Shown one piece after another: positions 38,340-51,395 of a stretch of DNA of 64,000 nt. The DNA lies in the NCBI GenBank assembly GCA_973895155.1, contig OZ316893.1, positions 27,724,210 to 27,788,209 of the forward strand, in the 5' to 3' direction. The position numbers and the translations under genes were made by a program. Positions within the stretch are counted from its first letter, which is position 1. Each line of letters opens with the position of its first letter. The notes under the pieces are model-generated. The model saw only the letters and a program-made list of their open reading frames with translations. It was not told where the DNA came from and did not search any database. This stretch comes from Marsupella aquatica. Lineage: Eukaryota > Plantae > Marchantiophyta.

Positions 38340-39700
38340 TCTGTTCTTTCTAATTTTTGGATGCTGAGCAGGTCAGCGTGCTTCAGGGTCGCACTTTGTC
38401 ACCAACTGCTCGCCCCCTGCCTCCATGAAAGCACCAGCCCAAAGACGGGAACATCTGCCCTGAAAATCCAACCCTCATTGACTTTCTTCTTCAGAATTTT
38501 GTACTCTGCCAGTTTCTATGATGCTTGGATGATGAGCAGGTTCATATGCTTCACGGAAGCACTCAGCAACCAATTGCAGCTCGTGGCTGGCTCATTCTTC
38601 ATCCTGGCCTTCCCAGCATTAAAGTTTTGGGCCCTAGAACTCCTTTATTCTAATAAAATATTGTGACACTTGTGGCCGTTTTATTTGACACTTTAGCTCA
38701 CAATATATTGACAAAGCCATTGAGCATGGGGTGATTGACCACTGACTTCATTTGAGATGGCCTTTGGTAAAAGTCTCTGTCCAGTTTCAGGCTAATGTTA
38801 GCTAGCCTTGCTAGCAATATTATATCTGTCCTTGTAAAAAAATTGCCATATATAATTATAAATTATTGCGTAGAAGGACCCCAGTTTATTTCACCCAAAA
38901 AGGTGGGAGGCAATGAAGGATATTGATAGGGAGATAGACTTGCTTGATGATGGTGACTTCCTGATAAATTCCAGCACAATGCCCCTCAATTAGAAGAAAT
39001 TCCCCTAAAATCAGCACAACAACTCTTGAAGAAAGGCACAGCAAAACTCCCAACAAAACCAGGAACATCATCTGCTGCCAAGGGATGAAGCACCCGCACC
39101 CAGCAATAGTCTTGGCGAAACAAGGGGCAGAAGAGAGTGGGACCAAAGAGCGTGCCACCCGTGAGAACTCCTCAGCCTGGCCCAACAAGAGGCACTGACA
39201 ACCCTAGGGCCCAGACCTCCCCATGGAGGTAGGACCAACACTCAATGGGAAAAGCAAAAGCAGTGACAACCAGCCCGCAACTTTGGTAGGATCACCAGCT
39301 ACCCTGTCGGAGGGAGGACCGCTGAACCAGAGGCCGCAAAGGCACCAAAATCCGTGCATAAAGACAAAAATGGCTGAAATAGGAGAGAGGGCAACAAGGG
39401 CATCCACGTGGGCCAGCCTGCAGTCCCATGAAGAGGGAGGAGGGACAGCGAAGGAGGGTGAAAGGGGGGGGGGGGGGCAAGGTGGAAGAGGAATCCTAAA
39501 AGAGTCAGGCGATGGCTCACTAAGTCTGACGGGTGAGACCTACTGGGGCGGGCATTGTATTGAACTTAGGAGTTAGGAGTCAGAGGGGGGCGGCTGCAGT
39601 GGACCAAAAGCGGGGTCAAGGAAGGGAGAGCCAGAGGAACAGTTGGGGGGTGGGGAGCTACCTGGAGGAGAGGAAGACTCCATGATTACATCCCTGCGCA
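38340..39700 (-). pseudogene. Possible decayed LINE ORF1 region
   Basis: Low-complexity Pro/Ser-rich minus-strand translation and a remnant knuckle-like C..GH..C near 38660-38700; weak. Confidence 0.25.
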
Positions 39701-42700
39701 CACGAGACGTCATTCAATTCTGAGGAAGGTGAGATTCTAACAGAACACCACCCCCCGCCCCCCCCAACAAAAAAAAGCACCAAAAACAACTTGTACTTTA
39801 CATGTCTTTATGTTCCTGTATTTCTCAATTAAAATTGATATGGAGACATTGAAAAACAACTAGTACGATAGATCTCCAAGATCGCTTTCGACACACTCAA
39901 ATAAAACCGTGTACAGTATCGTCTGGTATCGAATATAAAAGCTTTTTACTCCCTCAGAAGATTGGTCAGATAATTTCGGTAGGGATTGAGTTGAGACCTT
40001 CGTTGCTCGTTAGTTGCATGACAGAGTATCCACTTAAGAATACTGTACAGAACAAAAAGCAAAATGCTGGCATCGGACGCCCTCACTTGGTCAATACCGG
40101 AGGACCGCCTTTGTCCTGGAGACAGATTTAAGTTGTAGTTGAGTATGCCATGTGGCGAACAAGGCTGCATGCCTAGAGCTACCTTGATGTCTTGAAAGAC
40201 GTTCCATTGAACCATGTGCTGATGTGCAGTTGCACAGACTTCGTATAAATTATGGAGACACAAAATAATAGCCCACACACTGTATAGGTTCGAGAAGCTT
40301 TGCCTACATTCATGGAAGACCCAACATCCACAATCATATTGCGCCCTGCCAATCATATCACCGCACTTATAATGATTACAGGTCTACGCTCGATACTAGA
40401 TAAGGATCTGGAAAGACCTATCCGGAGCTAGTCCTGTTGTTATTTTGTCCAGAGTTCATGAGGACGGTGTGGGCCAATCTCCAAAAATCAGCAGCGCCTT
40501 GGGGCTTTGTGCAAGTCTTCATATGAAGATACTGTTTGTTAAAGCGCTTATGAGATACACATTGTCAGAATCTTGACCACAACCGTGAACATAAGAGATT
40601 AAAATCGAAGGGTCTATGGCTTTTCTTGAACCACGTTAAGGATTTCCGATGGAGAAGTTATCGCTTTCAGTATCCCCTTTTCCGGACGAGGACCTCTGAT
40701 TCCCACAAAATGCTCACCGTGGGCGATTCTATCATTTGTGAAGATCGACTGTGGGGACTACAGTCTATATGGAAGTTTCTTTCCGTCAACACAACGTACT
40801 GTAACAGATATCACACAACTGCACCTGACTGAGTTCTTCGTGAATTGCAAAGCCAGTTCACCAGTTTATTTATAGGTAACATACTACAGCACAAAGGGTC
40901 CTGACTGGAGCCTTTGATGATTTGGGGGAGATGCACTCTGGGATGCATTTTATCTGACAAGTTGGAGGAAAATCAGAAAGTGCAATCTGTAGAGCATAGC
41001 GGTCTCCGCTGCAAGACCTGTTGAAGGACAAATTGTGGGGCGGGCTTTCGCCGTCATTGCATGCAAAGATTTTGTCTCTGCATTGTAGCACGACGGAGCA
41101 ATGTGCGGGACATTGAACATGCATGAGCCGCTGAATGAAATTAAAGATCATGTAGGAATTTTTTGTCTCAAATTTCCCCGCAAAGTTTCAAGATGAGATG
41201 ACACTTTGAGAAAAGGTACAACCAAAAGATGTTCAACAGCGTGATTCGACGTTACTCGCTGATTGATGATCGCTTCTCATTATGTTCTGGTGACAGTTTG
41301 GACTGAGCTCGTAGTGTCGGACGTCTGACTCTGGTTTCTCCGGTCTGCCAGTTTCAAAACTTTCGTTGTAAGTTGCATATTCTCTCTCGCTTTGTTGTCA
41401 ATGTGCATAATGTCAGGTTCGAAATATAAAGTACAGAAACATTCCTGAGAAATTAAATTTGGCTGTTGTGAGAACATCGCATTTGCACACGAAGCTACTA
41501 TATTGTCACACATTGATGCCAGAAATTACCTTTTGGGTAACAGTTTGCACGTGTACCTGACTAGCTTGTGAGCTTCCTCGCACCCAGTACTAAGAAGAAA
41601 GAAAGTTGCTCAAAGTTCTGGCATCTGGACGCCTGTAAGACCGGCGGGCGTGGTTGTCCAACCATTGTAATCAAACGCTCTCGTGAACGGACACGTATGT
41701 TTGGATCAGTTTCTGCTCACTTGCTGGTACAGTCGTTCATAAATTGCACATGTTGTGTCGAATACCCAACTACGACTACAGTAGTCAGGAGGTGCTTGAC
41801 ACTCTCGTTAGTTCGGTCAAAGATTATGCTACGTTATAGCCTGTAAAGATAAATTTTGCTTTCTTCGCATTGCTAGTTATGAACAGTTGGCCCTCCTTGC
41901 ATGATTGGGTTGCCTTCGTCCACTTTCTGGGCTCTCTCACCATGGCGGATGCACTCGGTGGGTGCTGTTCCTTTGAATATATGGATTGCACGGAAATGTT
42001 TGAAGGAAGAAAATTAAAAATCATGTATTGTAAAGTTATTACAATACATTACCCATCGTAATCGTGTTATTACGATGGGTACTAGGCTCTGTAGAGATAT
42101 GATCGACTGACACCGTGGTACGTATCTTATGTGAGGGAAAGTAGTATAAAGTGAATGATGCATCTAACTGCTTTAACATTAAACCTCCAAATGTCAGACA
42201 TGAGTATATATCGTCATGTGAGCTTCACAATGGGGCAGTCTGCAATTCAAGGCCGGGTTTAAGGCCCTACCGGAGAGCACACTACTAAAATGAGGACCGG
42301 GGATGTGGTTCCAGAGACCGGGCAGGGCTTCAAATCATTATGTAAGTCCACATACCGGATGGTTTGACTGATCAATGTGAGCAGAAATCTCGATGAGCCC
42401 AGCCAGGATGCAACGAAAATACTCATCTGCCAGTCTGCTTTACAGGTCTCAGGTGGTTTTAGGAGAAAAGACTATGCCATGTTGAGACAGGTATCTAATG
42501 GAATGAGATCCGCCGTCCAAAGGTTGAAAACAAGCTGGACCTGTTGTCGATCACATGCACAGCTAGATCCACCCTAAAACGAAGTTGGACACGTAAGAAA
42601 GGAGTGTCACAGACATCAAACATTGTTATGTGAACACCATACGTTCCAGAATGTTACTAGTACCATCACTGCCAATGGCAAATACATCAAGGATCTCGAC

Positions 42701-45700
42701 ATAGATTCATTATCTCCATTACTCTGTTTCCTATTGTTTATTAAACACTCGTTATACTTTTTCAAGAAGTACATTCTCGCTTGAAAGTAAGGTTAAACAA
42801 GTTTAGATTATACTGTAGTTCTGTCAATGCCGAAGAACACAATTTGTTGCAGCACCACTTGCGAGAATTTAATGACTACGACGTACACATACAGCACCAT
42901 GTGACGTCAAGGTAGTTACAGGCTCTTCTGGCAAGCGGGCGTCTATGTTTACTCAAAACATGAACAATTCCCCGGTCAAAGAAACCGTACTACAGTATCG
43001 TGGACCTCCCCCTAACAGAACAAGCCCTAACAGACTAAGACGAACCATACAGTGAGAGGAAGATTGAGGATCTTCTATTTCCAAATTTATGCCAGAATAA
43101 TGGTCCCTAGGGATACAGCAAGTTACATATCATACTCGATTCACCGAGCGTGGATTGTCAGGTGGAGGCAGATTAAAGCTTGTCCCCAGGTGCTCCAGGC
43201 CTACTAATTTCTTCCACTTTTCCATGCTGTGTATGAACTTGCTTGTTTGGACAAGGAGAAAATATATTAGCAATCCAGGACTGAACCATGCACCATGCAG
43301 TACCGAACAAGACCTTTGATCTGGAAGAAATTGAGGGCGCCCCTGCAAGACTTGCACATCTCCTGACGAGCTGACTCGATCCCTGGTTGTAAGATGTCTT
43401 ACCTCCCCATATCCGAATCTGTGTGGTTCCCTGGTTCCAGGACACAGGACATGAGCCATCGTACAAGTATGCAAGTCTTAATTTCTTATTTACTTTTATG
43501 GTATGATCGTGTCCTCGAGAGCATGGAATCTACGTACTCGTTCAAGAACAGGCACAACACCCAGACTGAAATTCATACCGTCCTGAGTGACCGCGCGCGA
43601 AGATCTAGCTATGCCTTAAGCCTGGAGATATCAATATCTCCTACGTCAGATTTCTCTGTAGCCATGTTACACTTTTTCTGGGTTCTAGCAACAACACATT
43701 GCAATGTAAAAGAAGAGCAGCAGTGGTTATAAGACTCGGTTATATATCCTTTAATTTGGAATGTTGCATCGTAACCTATACATCGTGATGACATCTCCTC
43801 AGATGTGGAAGACGGGATCCACAACTGGACATCTGAGGAGTGAGGATCCCCCATGCACTGTAGTAGAGAAAATATGTCCCTTCCAGTTTTCTCTCGGTAT
43901 TTCTTGTAAAAGCATCACGGGAGGAGATATGGGAGGTATGTAGTGGGCTTTTCACGGCCTCCAAAGCAGCACGAATTTTTACAAGAATCAAAGGGAATAT
44001 GGGAGTGCTGATTTAGGAATCAACAGCTCATTGGTCCCCGTTCAGCGCTGGAAACTGCGCTGGGATATTCATGCTCGAGGAGGCCGCCCTTACATCCCAT
44101 GTCCATGCGTGGCAGATATGATCGATGACTCTGGGTTAAGAGTCTACAGCAGATATTTATAGTTTGCTGGGATATAGCGACCTGAACTCAATGATGTAAG
44201 TTGACAGGGAATCTCAGTAGAAACAAATTTGTTCCAGTACCCCTCCGGTACATCTTACTTTGATGTTATTCAACAAATTGGAGCCAATGTAGAGTTACAC
44301 ATTAGATTACATATTAGAATAGATTTATCATGAAGCTGAGAAAAATAAAATAAAATAATTCATGAATGGTAAGAGTCTCCAATAACCCTTAGGATGGACT
44401 GCCTGGCTTGAAGACCTGAATATACAAAACCCTAGCCTAACCGAACCTTCAATTCTTACCAATTAAAGTCCCAATAGCCTCCTTAGGTTGGGCCCTTCTA
44501 TAGCTCTTTTGAAAACCCTCCAATAATAGCAGGAGCAATTGGGACCCCATGATATTGGCTAGACCAAACCCTATACCCATGCATACTTTTAGGCATTTTT
44601 GGGGGAAAAATCAAAAGTACTATTCTTTGCAAATACATGTGTACCAATTGTATAGTGACAAGTGTACACCAATTAGAACATGCAACGTGTCCTATGCATG
44701 TATGACACCAAAAACCCTAAGTAATTTAAACAACTTCATAAAATATGATACATTTAATGAGGGTTTATGTTCTTCCACCAAACTTTGGAAGTTTTCCATT
44801 TGAACCATTTAAATGTCCCCTGAACCATTTAAATGTCCCCACACATGGAGGTCGATGGGGCCATTGGAACCAAGCAAGAAGACATAGTTCATTGCATTAC
44901 TACCTAAAACGTTTGGGGCCCAAGGTGTGCACATGTAGACAACAGAGACGTACACAGTGTTTTCTACAACGCCACTGATCTACGTACCACACCCCTCAAC
45001 TCCTACCCTGAATGTGGATGTTTAGGAGGATGTCACAGGCGTGTTTGACTCTCAGGTGCACGGGCCTACAGAATTAAGACCAGTGAGAAGCCCAAGTCCA
45101 TATTGTAGAGCAGTACAACCTACAACAGTGAGTACCAACGCCCACTCAGAGAAACAATGACATTAACAACAAAGGAATCCCCCCTTTAGGAGTCCTTCAA
45201 CCTTGTTGTCCTCAAAGAGATATATGACAAGAGAAGGAAGGGGAAAGGTCAAGAGGCAGATCACAACAGTAGAAGAAGGCACTGTAGAGACTCCGGGACC
45301 GATAGATGGAGCGGGCCCACAAGGTGCATGACTTCCGGTCATACTAGGTGTTTGGAACATGAGAAGGATCCATGAGGCTAGGGCAACTAATGAGAGTTGC
45401 CTTGAAGGGCACCGATGAGTAGGGATAGAGATGCGACCCAACAATAGCGGGTGGTGGGTAGCTCAGTATATATGTTAGGATTAGACAGTCTTTAATTAGA
45501 CCAGGGGAGCTCATTGTGTAAGGGGGTCCCTGATATAATGTCATAATTTATAAGTTTAGTATATGATCATGCCAATTTGCATGACATGAAGTACTTTTTT
45601 GAGTTTACATTGCGTTTGTCGAAATTTTAATGGAGCTCGATGACTCTGTCTGAAATGTAATGTACCCGCGCTCTAAGCCCCAAACAAACCTATATTAGCC

Positions 45701-48700
45701 AAAAATTCCATTTGAATAATGTACGTCATCCATGGATCTACACTTTCAGACAGGATGTGCAATATTTGCCATATATGTATGTCAAAATATATATAGAACT
45801 GCAAAGGAACAGAAATGAGGCAGGGGAGACATGATCACAAAGGCCTAATAAAGGAGGAAAATTGGAGGGCCTTATAAAGGAGTAATATTGCAACTGAACA
45901 AAAATGCCCTGCCGGGAGACATAATCCCAAAGGGCGACTAAGGGGGCAAAACTAAGGAAAATACGTCTTACGTACGTGTTTTTTGACAACGTACAGCCTC
46001 TTTACATCATTTTCTATCTGCTGTATATAAAACGGCGTTTAAGGAACTTTATCGTTGTCTGTTACGACGTAAAAGCGATAACGTGAATTAGAAGAATTAT
46101 AGAAACAAATTACAAAACGCTATATAGAACAAAGTCTGTATAACGTTGAATAGAATAATAGAAACAAATTACAAACGAACGCGTTTTGTTCCAGTCAGCT
46201 GTGACTACCGAGAGTGTAAATTCGGAACACTTGGTTTTCTTGTTCTGGAAGGAAAGAACATCTCTTCACAGTTCTTGTTGCGATACGCCCAGTCTGTATT
46301 TCACTAACGTTTTAGAGTATGTGAACGACGTCACTGCGTCACTGTTGTGCCAACGCGAAAAGACGGCCTTCCTTGTACTGAGAGTGGCTCTGAGGTACGT
46401 GATGTACAATCTGGATGGTGAGGAAAGACAAAACACCCGATCTTTCCCAGTTGTCGACCTAGAATTGAAACTTTCTAACCTAGTCATACAGGCCTCCTCG
46501 CTGTCGGATTGACTTCGACTTCCACGGATTTAGGCTATAATCTCGTGTCAGCCACTGGCTATACTTGGGAATGTATGAGTTTATATCGAGTACGCGATTT
46601 ACAGAATGATGTGTAGCCAAATGCTGTCCTCGTCAACTTAACCGTCGCGTGCAGTAGAACTGAAACTGCAAAACAGTGTTGAAAAACAAGTTTGGGGAAA
46701 TTTTCGAACTATTTGTCCAACAGACTACACTGACAACTCTAAACTCCAAAGTGATCAGAATCCGACCGTGCTTCAGCTCTCTTATTCCCGGACAAGCTTT
46801 GCATTACTTCGCGAATCATGATGTACTCTGACTTCATACAAGACCATGCTCGGCTGAAGTCAGTATTTGGACCCATTTTCTGCACAGGCTTTTCTTGATC
46901 GAAGGCCCAATGGTTAACTGTGGGAAAAGGTCCACTGAGCTAGTAAGTATCCATTATTTTGTAATCTACCAGCAGGCCAATATTAGCGGGTAGTAACTAC
47001 AGGAGTGCAAAGGATATCACCATAGGAAAGTTTCTTCATTGCGACGCAGAAAGAAAACATTCTTCACTGGTACAGGGACCTGCCACTGAATTCCCAACCT
47101 CGGACTGCAGAGTGCATTACGTCGGTCTGTAGGATCCAACGTAGCCCTGGAAGTCATGAGTAATTCATCTAGACACGACACAATTGACCAACCTAGCAAG
47201 CCTTCCAAGCATTGTGTTAGTATAGAGACCACAGCTTTGCAGCCAACTGAGATTGTTAACGTGCCTTTTGTCTCCATGTACCACGGTTTGCCTTGAAGTC
47301 ATCCATCGAAGAGAAGAGCGCGGGTACGACGTACTCCTCCAGACGATTCATTACCAGTATTTTACCAGCAGGCCAATCGTGGTGTCCGGAGCCATAGTTT
47401 TCGCAGCGAACCTGACTGCCAGCCTATGGTCTCCATGTACCACGGCCCCATCCAATTCTTCATGAGTATTTAATTAACCTGCAGGATAATATTTATGGTG
47501 TCTTCTGCCATTTTGAATCCGGCTTTCACCTGCAAGCCAATCATGTATCAAGATGCTCACAGAGACGCACGAAGGAGTCGTCTTCGCAACTGGAAAATGT
47601 TACCTCCTTCACATCTGGCCGTTCGTGGACCACGGAGCCTTTCACATCTTTGCATCAAGATATTTCTCGAATGTCGTAAATACAATGAGGCAGACCTCTC
47701 CATTTCACATTCGTGAGGTCTTGCTTAGACTTGAAATGTCAGCCTGTGGTCTCCATGTACCATAGTTGTGTGGAGATTTGACTGTGTAGCGACGAGGACC
47801 GCCAGATGGAGTCTCTTTCGCCGGTTTGCGTGAACCTGTCGTTCTATTTCACCTCGATGTCATTCATGGGTCATGGAGATCACAGTTTTGCACCAAAGAC
47901 TTCAATGATGTAAATCATGGCTCTGTGAATGCCAACCTATGGTCTCCATGTACCAAGATTGGCTTGGAGATGATCATCTGTGGTAACCAGGAAAGTATAC
48001 TGTACCAAATGTCTGCGGGCCAATCACTGAGTTAGTACTTCGCACTACAGCCTTCCAGCGAAAATTTCATTCAAAATACATACATCAGCAAAACTTCAAT
48101 GATCGATCGTCCATGTAGCGTACCTGGCCAAGAAACTAGTCCTAACTGGACAGCTGTTAAAACCATTTATGCAGTAACACTCCAATAAATTGAATGACAT
48201 CCTCCCCAGGTTCTTTTTCCATTTTCAAGTTTAATTGAAAATGAAAAAATAAAATGCGTCTGTACTTCGACCATGCGCCGATGAATCTCCTCTAATTTAA
48301 TGCAGGGCTATACTGAAATTTGATGCAGCGCTATCCAGAAATTGTTTGCGAGTAGCAAGCTGGGATCTCGCATTGCTGCTCGGACTCATGGCACAAAAAG
48401 ACAGCGAAGAAATTTTACCTGAAGATAGCTAAGTATAACCCAGCAGATTGTTAGCACGGACTTGCTGAAATCCCGTAATCCATGACGCGCACCATTTCTC
48501 CAGACAGTCATGGTGCATAGCGCCCACAGCGTTGCAGATAGTAATAGTAGAATGGCATCACTTCTCGAACTACGTAGACATGGAGCGATGCTTCTAACGA
48601 GCTACTATGTAACCCCAAACAGATGCATCGAGTAAAATCGTTCTGTTGAAATCTAATCTGTGTCATTGTCAAGAATTGCTGCCCGATCCTTTAGGGTAGA

Positions 48701-51014
48701 ATCGTTTTCTTTAGAAAGTAGAATCTCGATGTAAGTGAAAACCCATACAGTACCATAGCTGGCCTAAAGGACATCCATTCTGCTCCGGCTCATCACATCC
48801 TATAAGACGAACCACATCATTTGCAGATGCTGGAGCTGTCTGGCTAGCGTTCGGTGCCCTACACAAATTACTACGAGGGTCTCTCATGCTCCAATGCTCC
48901 TACAAACTAATGCCACTACAAACTAGCGAAGAGCAGAGCAAGTAAGTCATCTTGCTCGGACAGCTCAAGATCTTGATCATGTCACACAAAGCAGAATTCG
49001 ATACCTCTCATGCGATATGATTGTGTATGCTACGAATCTACGACACGTCGAAGTGAACCGGGGAAGACTTTGCCGCAAGTATTGATCATGACTCATAAGA
49101 GAGAAAGGTGTGTAAGCAAAGGACGTCCTAAATGATTCAGCATACAACTGAAGGCTGAATATGGCGAGTTGGCGACTGCGTCCGAGGTGATGGACAGTAC
49201 TGAATCCAATGATGAATGCAGCAGGCCGGGTAGAGATCAAGTATTTATATGGATGCTGGGTCCCGGAAAAGGACACCTCTGCAGACCTCGCTGCAGACCT
49301 CTTGCAGGCCCTTTTGATCTTCACTCTAACATCAGTTTTTCTCTGCAGTAAAAACTTTAGAACCGCCCTTTTCATCCCAGTTCAATGTCGGAAGCATTAC
49401 TCCCTCCAGTTTAGTCCAACGACAAGCTGAAGTCATCTCTTCTCTGCGTGCCAATCGAATCTCATTTCCGTAGCACCGCAGCGAACCAGTCTAACAAAGC
49501 ATCCGAAATTGCGAATGTCCCATTGACTTGCTAGAGTAAAATTGAACAATTCAGGAGCAGCTAATCATCCGCAGACTCATCAGACAACTCATCAACAGAC
49601 GAATGAATTCAGTGACCCTGATCACAGAGAATAACCACGTAGGGTGGAGGAGTTCTAAATTCACAAGAGCATCTATGTCAAAAGTGTACGACAAGTTGGC
49701 GAATACTTTTCTTGTGCAGAATGCACGGAGTTCGTGATTGGGCCCCGTGGGACAGTTAGGGAAGTGTTGCGATCCAACGAACCAGTTCTACGTACATGAT
49801 TGTGTAAACCGTCGGGTAAAGTAATGATAATTAAGTGCCATTGTCGAAATGGTGGCTCTGGTTGCAACGCAAAAGACCCCATGCAAGGTCACCACAGTCA
49901 TCTCACTCTCCAGCATCCATGTTAAAACATTTGTGCCATCCTGTCATGTGTCGCCCCCAGGACAAGGAAACGTTTGCTCTGGCCGGTCCTAAATCTGCAA
50001 AATGACAAGTTACTGGTGTACCACTGGCCCTATATTGGGGAAGCGACAGATTCTCCTTTTTCCACATTCTAGTCACTCCTTTCTTCTAATGCGCCAAGTC
50101 TCCTCCATGATTATATGGAAATGTCAAATGCAGTCGTGTGCAAAGAAAACAGGAATTTTTGCTAGGGACAAGAGTATTGCTAGCAAGTGACAGGAATGAT
50201 TCTCAATATGTTTTAAGTTCGGCTAACATTTGCATTTCTAAGAGTAGCGAGACTGCTAGCCAAAAGATGACGCTAAATTGGCTAGCAGACTCGCTTCCCA
50301 AATTTAGGGCCAAATTTGGCTAAATTTTACTTTCGTCTGCTACCCGATTTGGCTTAATTTTACTAAAAGAATGACACCAAATTTAAGATATTAACGAGGT
50401 TTTCACTAGCTAGGGACAATTTTACTATTAAAAAAATGACCCAAAACTTGAGATATTTTTAAGCATTGACTAGCTAGGGACTGGGTCTACCCGAGCACAT
50501 ACTGTGACTATTTTTTCCCTCACAGCAGGGAAGTTTTGTCTTTTTGGTTGAAGGCTCACACCTACCCTTCTGGAATTTGGGAGCATAGGCTTAAGTTCAC
50601 AAATCACTGGAATCTGGAAATGAGGAGCCTGGTCAGCATGGCTGCATGCTTTATGGCTAGAGGCTCATATCAACACTTTCCACATGATTCATAAGGGGGG
50701 AAAAATTAATCACATGTTTACCTTTTATCATCTCAATGAGTTTCACCTTCGTTCAACGTTGATGGCCTCATTGTTAGTGCAATGTTTTGCATATGTGATG
50801 CATTCTTTGTTATTGCCTCTGACTCCATCGCTTCCTTGGAATCAGCTACTGTATACAAGGTTGAGCTACACCTATATCATTAGGGATCAAAACTAAATCG
50901 TGAAATTGGAGTACTAGAGACAATTAGAATTATCAAACATTAGAAACTAGAATCTTCAAATATGTGGGGCCAACTTTAGTTATAAGGAATAGTACTCACT
51001 CTTATTATAAGGAA

Positions 51015-51395
51015 CTAGCCCAATGCTTGACCCAATGCCTACAGGTTGCAAAGAAGCTGTCAAGGTGAGACCAAGAAAGAGGCAAGGAAGTTGTTGAGGC
51101 ATCTCATGACATTGTGTCATAGTGGCCATGTGATTGTTCAGATGCCCGTTTTTGCACAATTGTGGTTGTTTCTTTGCATGCGGTCATTGCGGCCATGTGA
51201 TTGTTGTAGCCATATTGTTGTTGTGGCCCGCGGTCTGGCCTTGTGGTCATGTTGCCAAATTGTTGTTGCATCCATTCTATTGTTACAGCTGTGCAACTTC
51301 AGTGTGTGGACAATCTCAATGAATAGAAGTCAATCATTTCAATAATGACATAATGCATTGCAGAGTTAAGGAGTGGTTGCGTCATGCTAGGTAGA
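51015..51395 (-). mobile_element. Helitron family fragment on the minus strand
   Basis: Reverse complement reads CACCTTGACAGCTTCTTTGCAACC...GCATTGGGCTAG|T and contains the CAACATGGCC-type repeats seen at ~35510-35630; 5' end uncertain. Confidence 0.55.

Noticed and set aside
47260-47965. Kinase-like (VVHGD) or serpin-like (LHVPRF) readings of the repeated motif
   Set aside because: No other family motifs in frame; matches are too short
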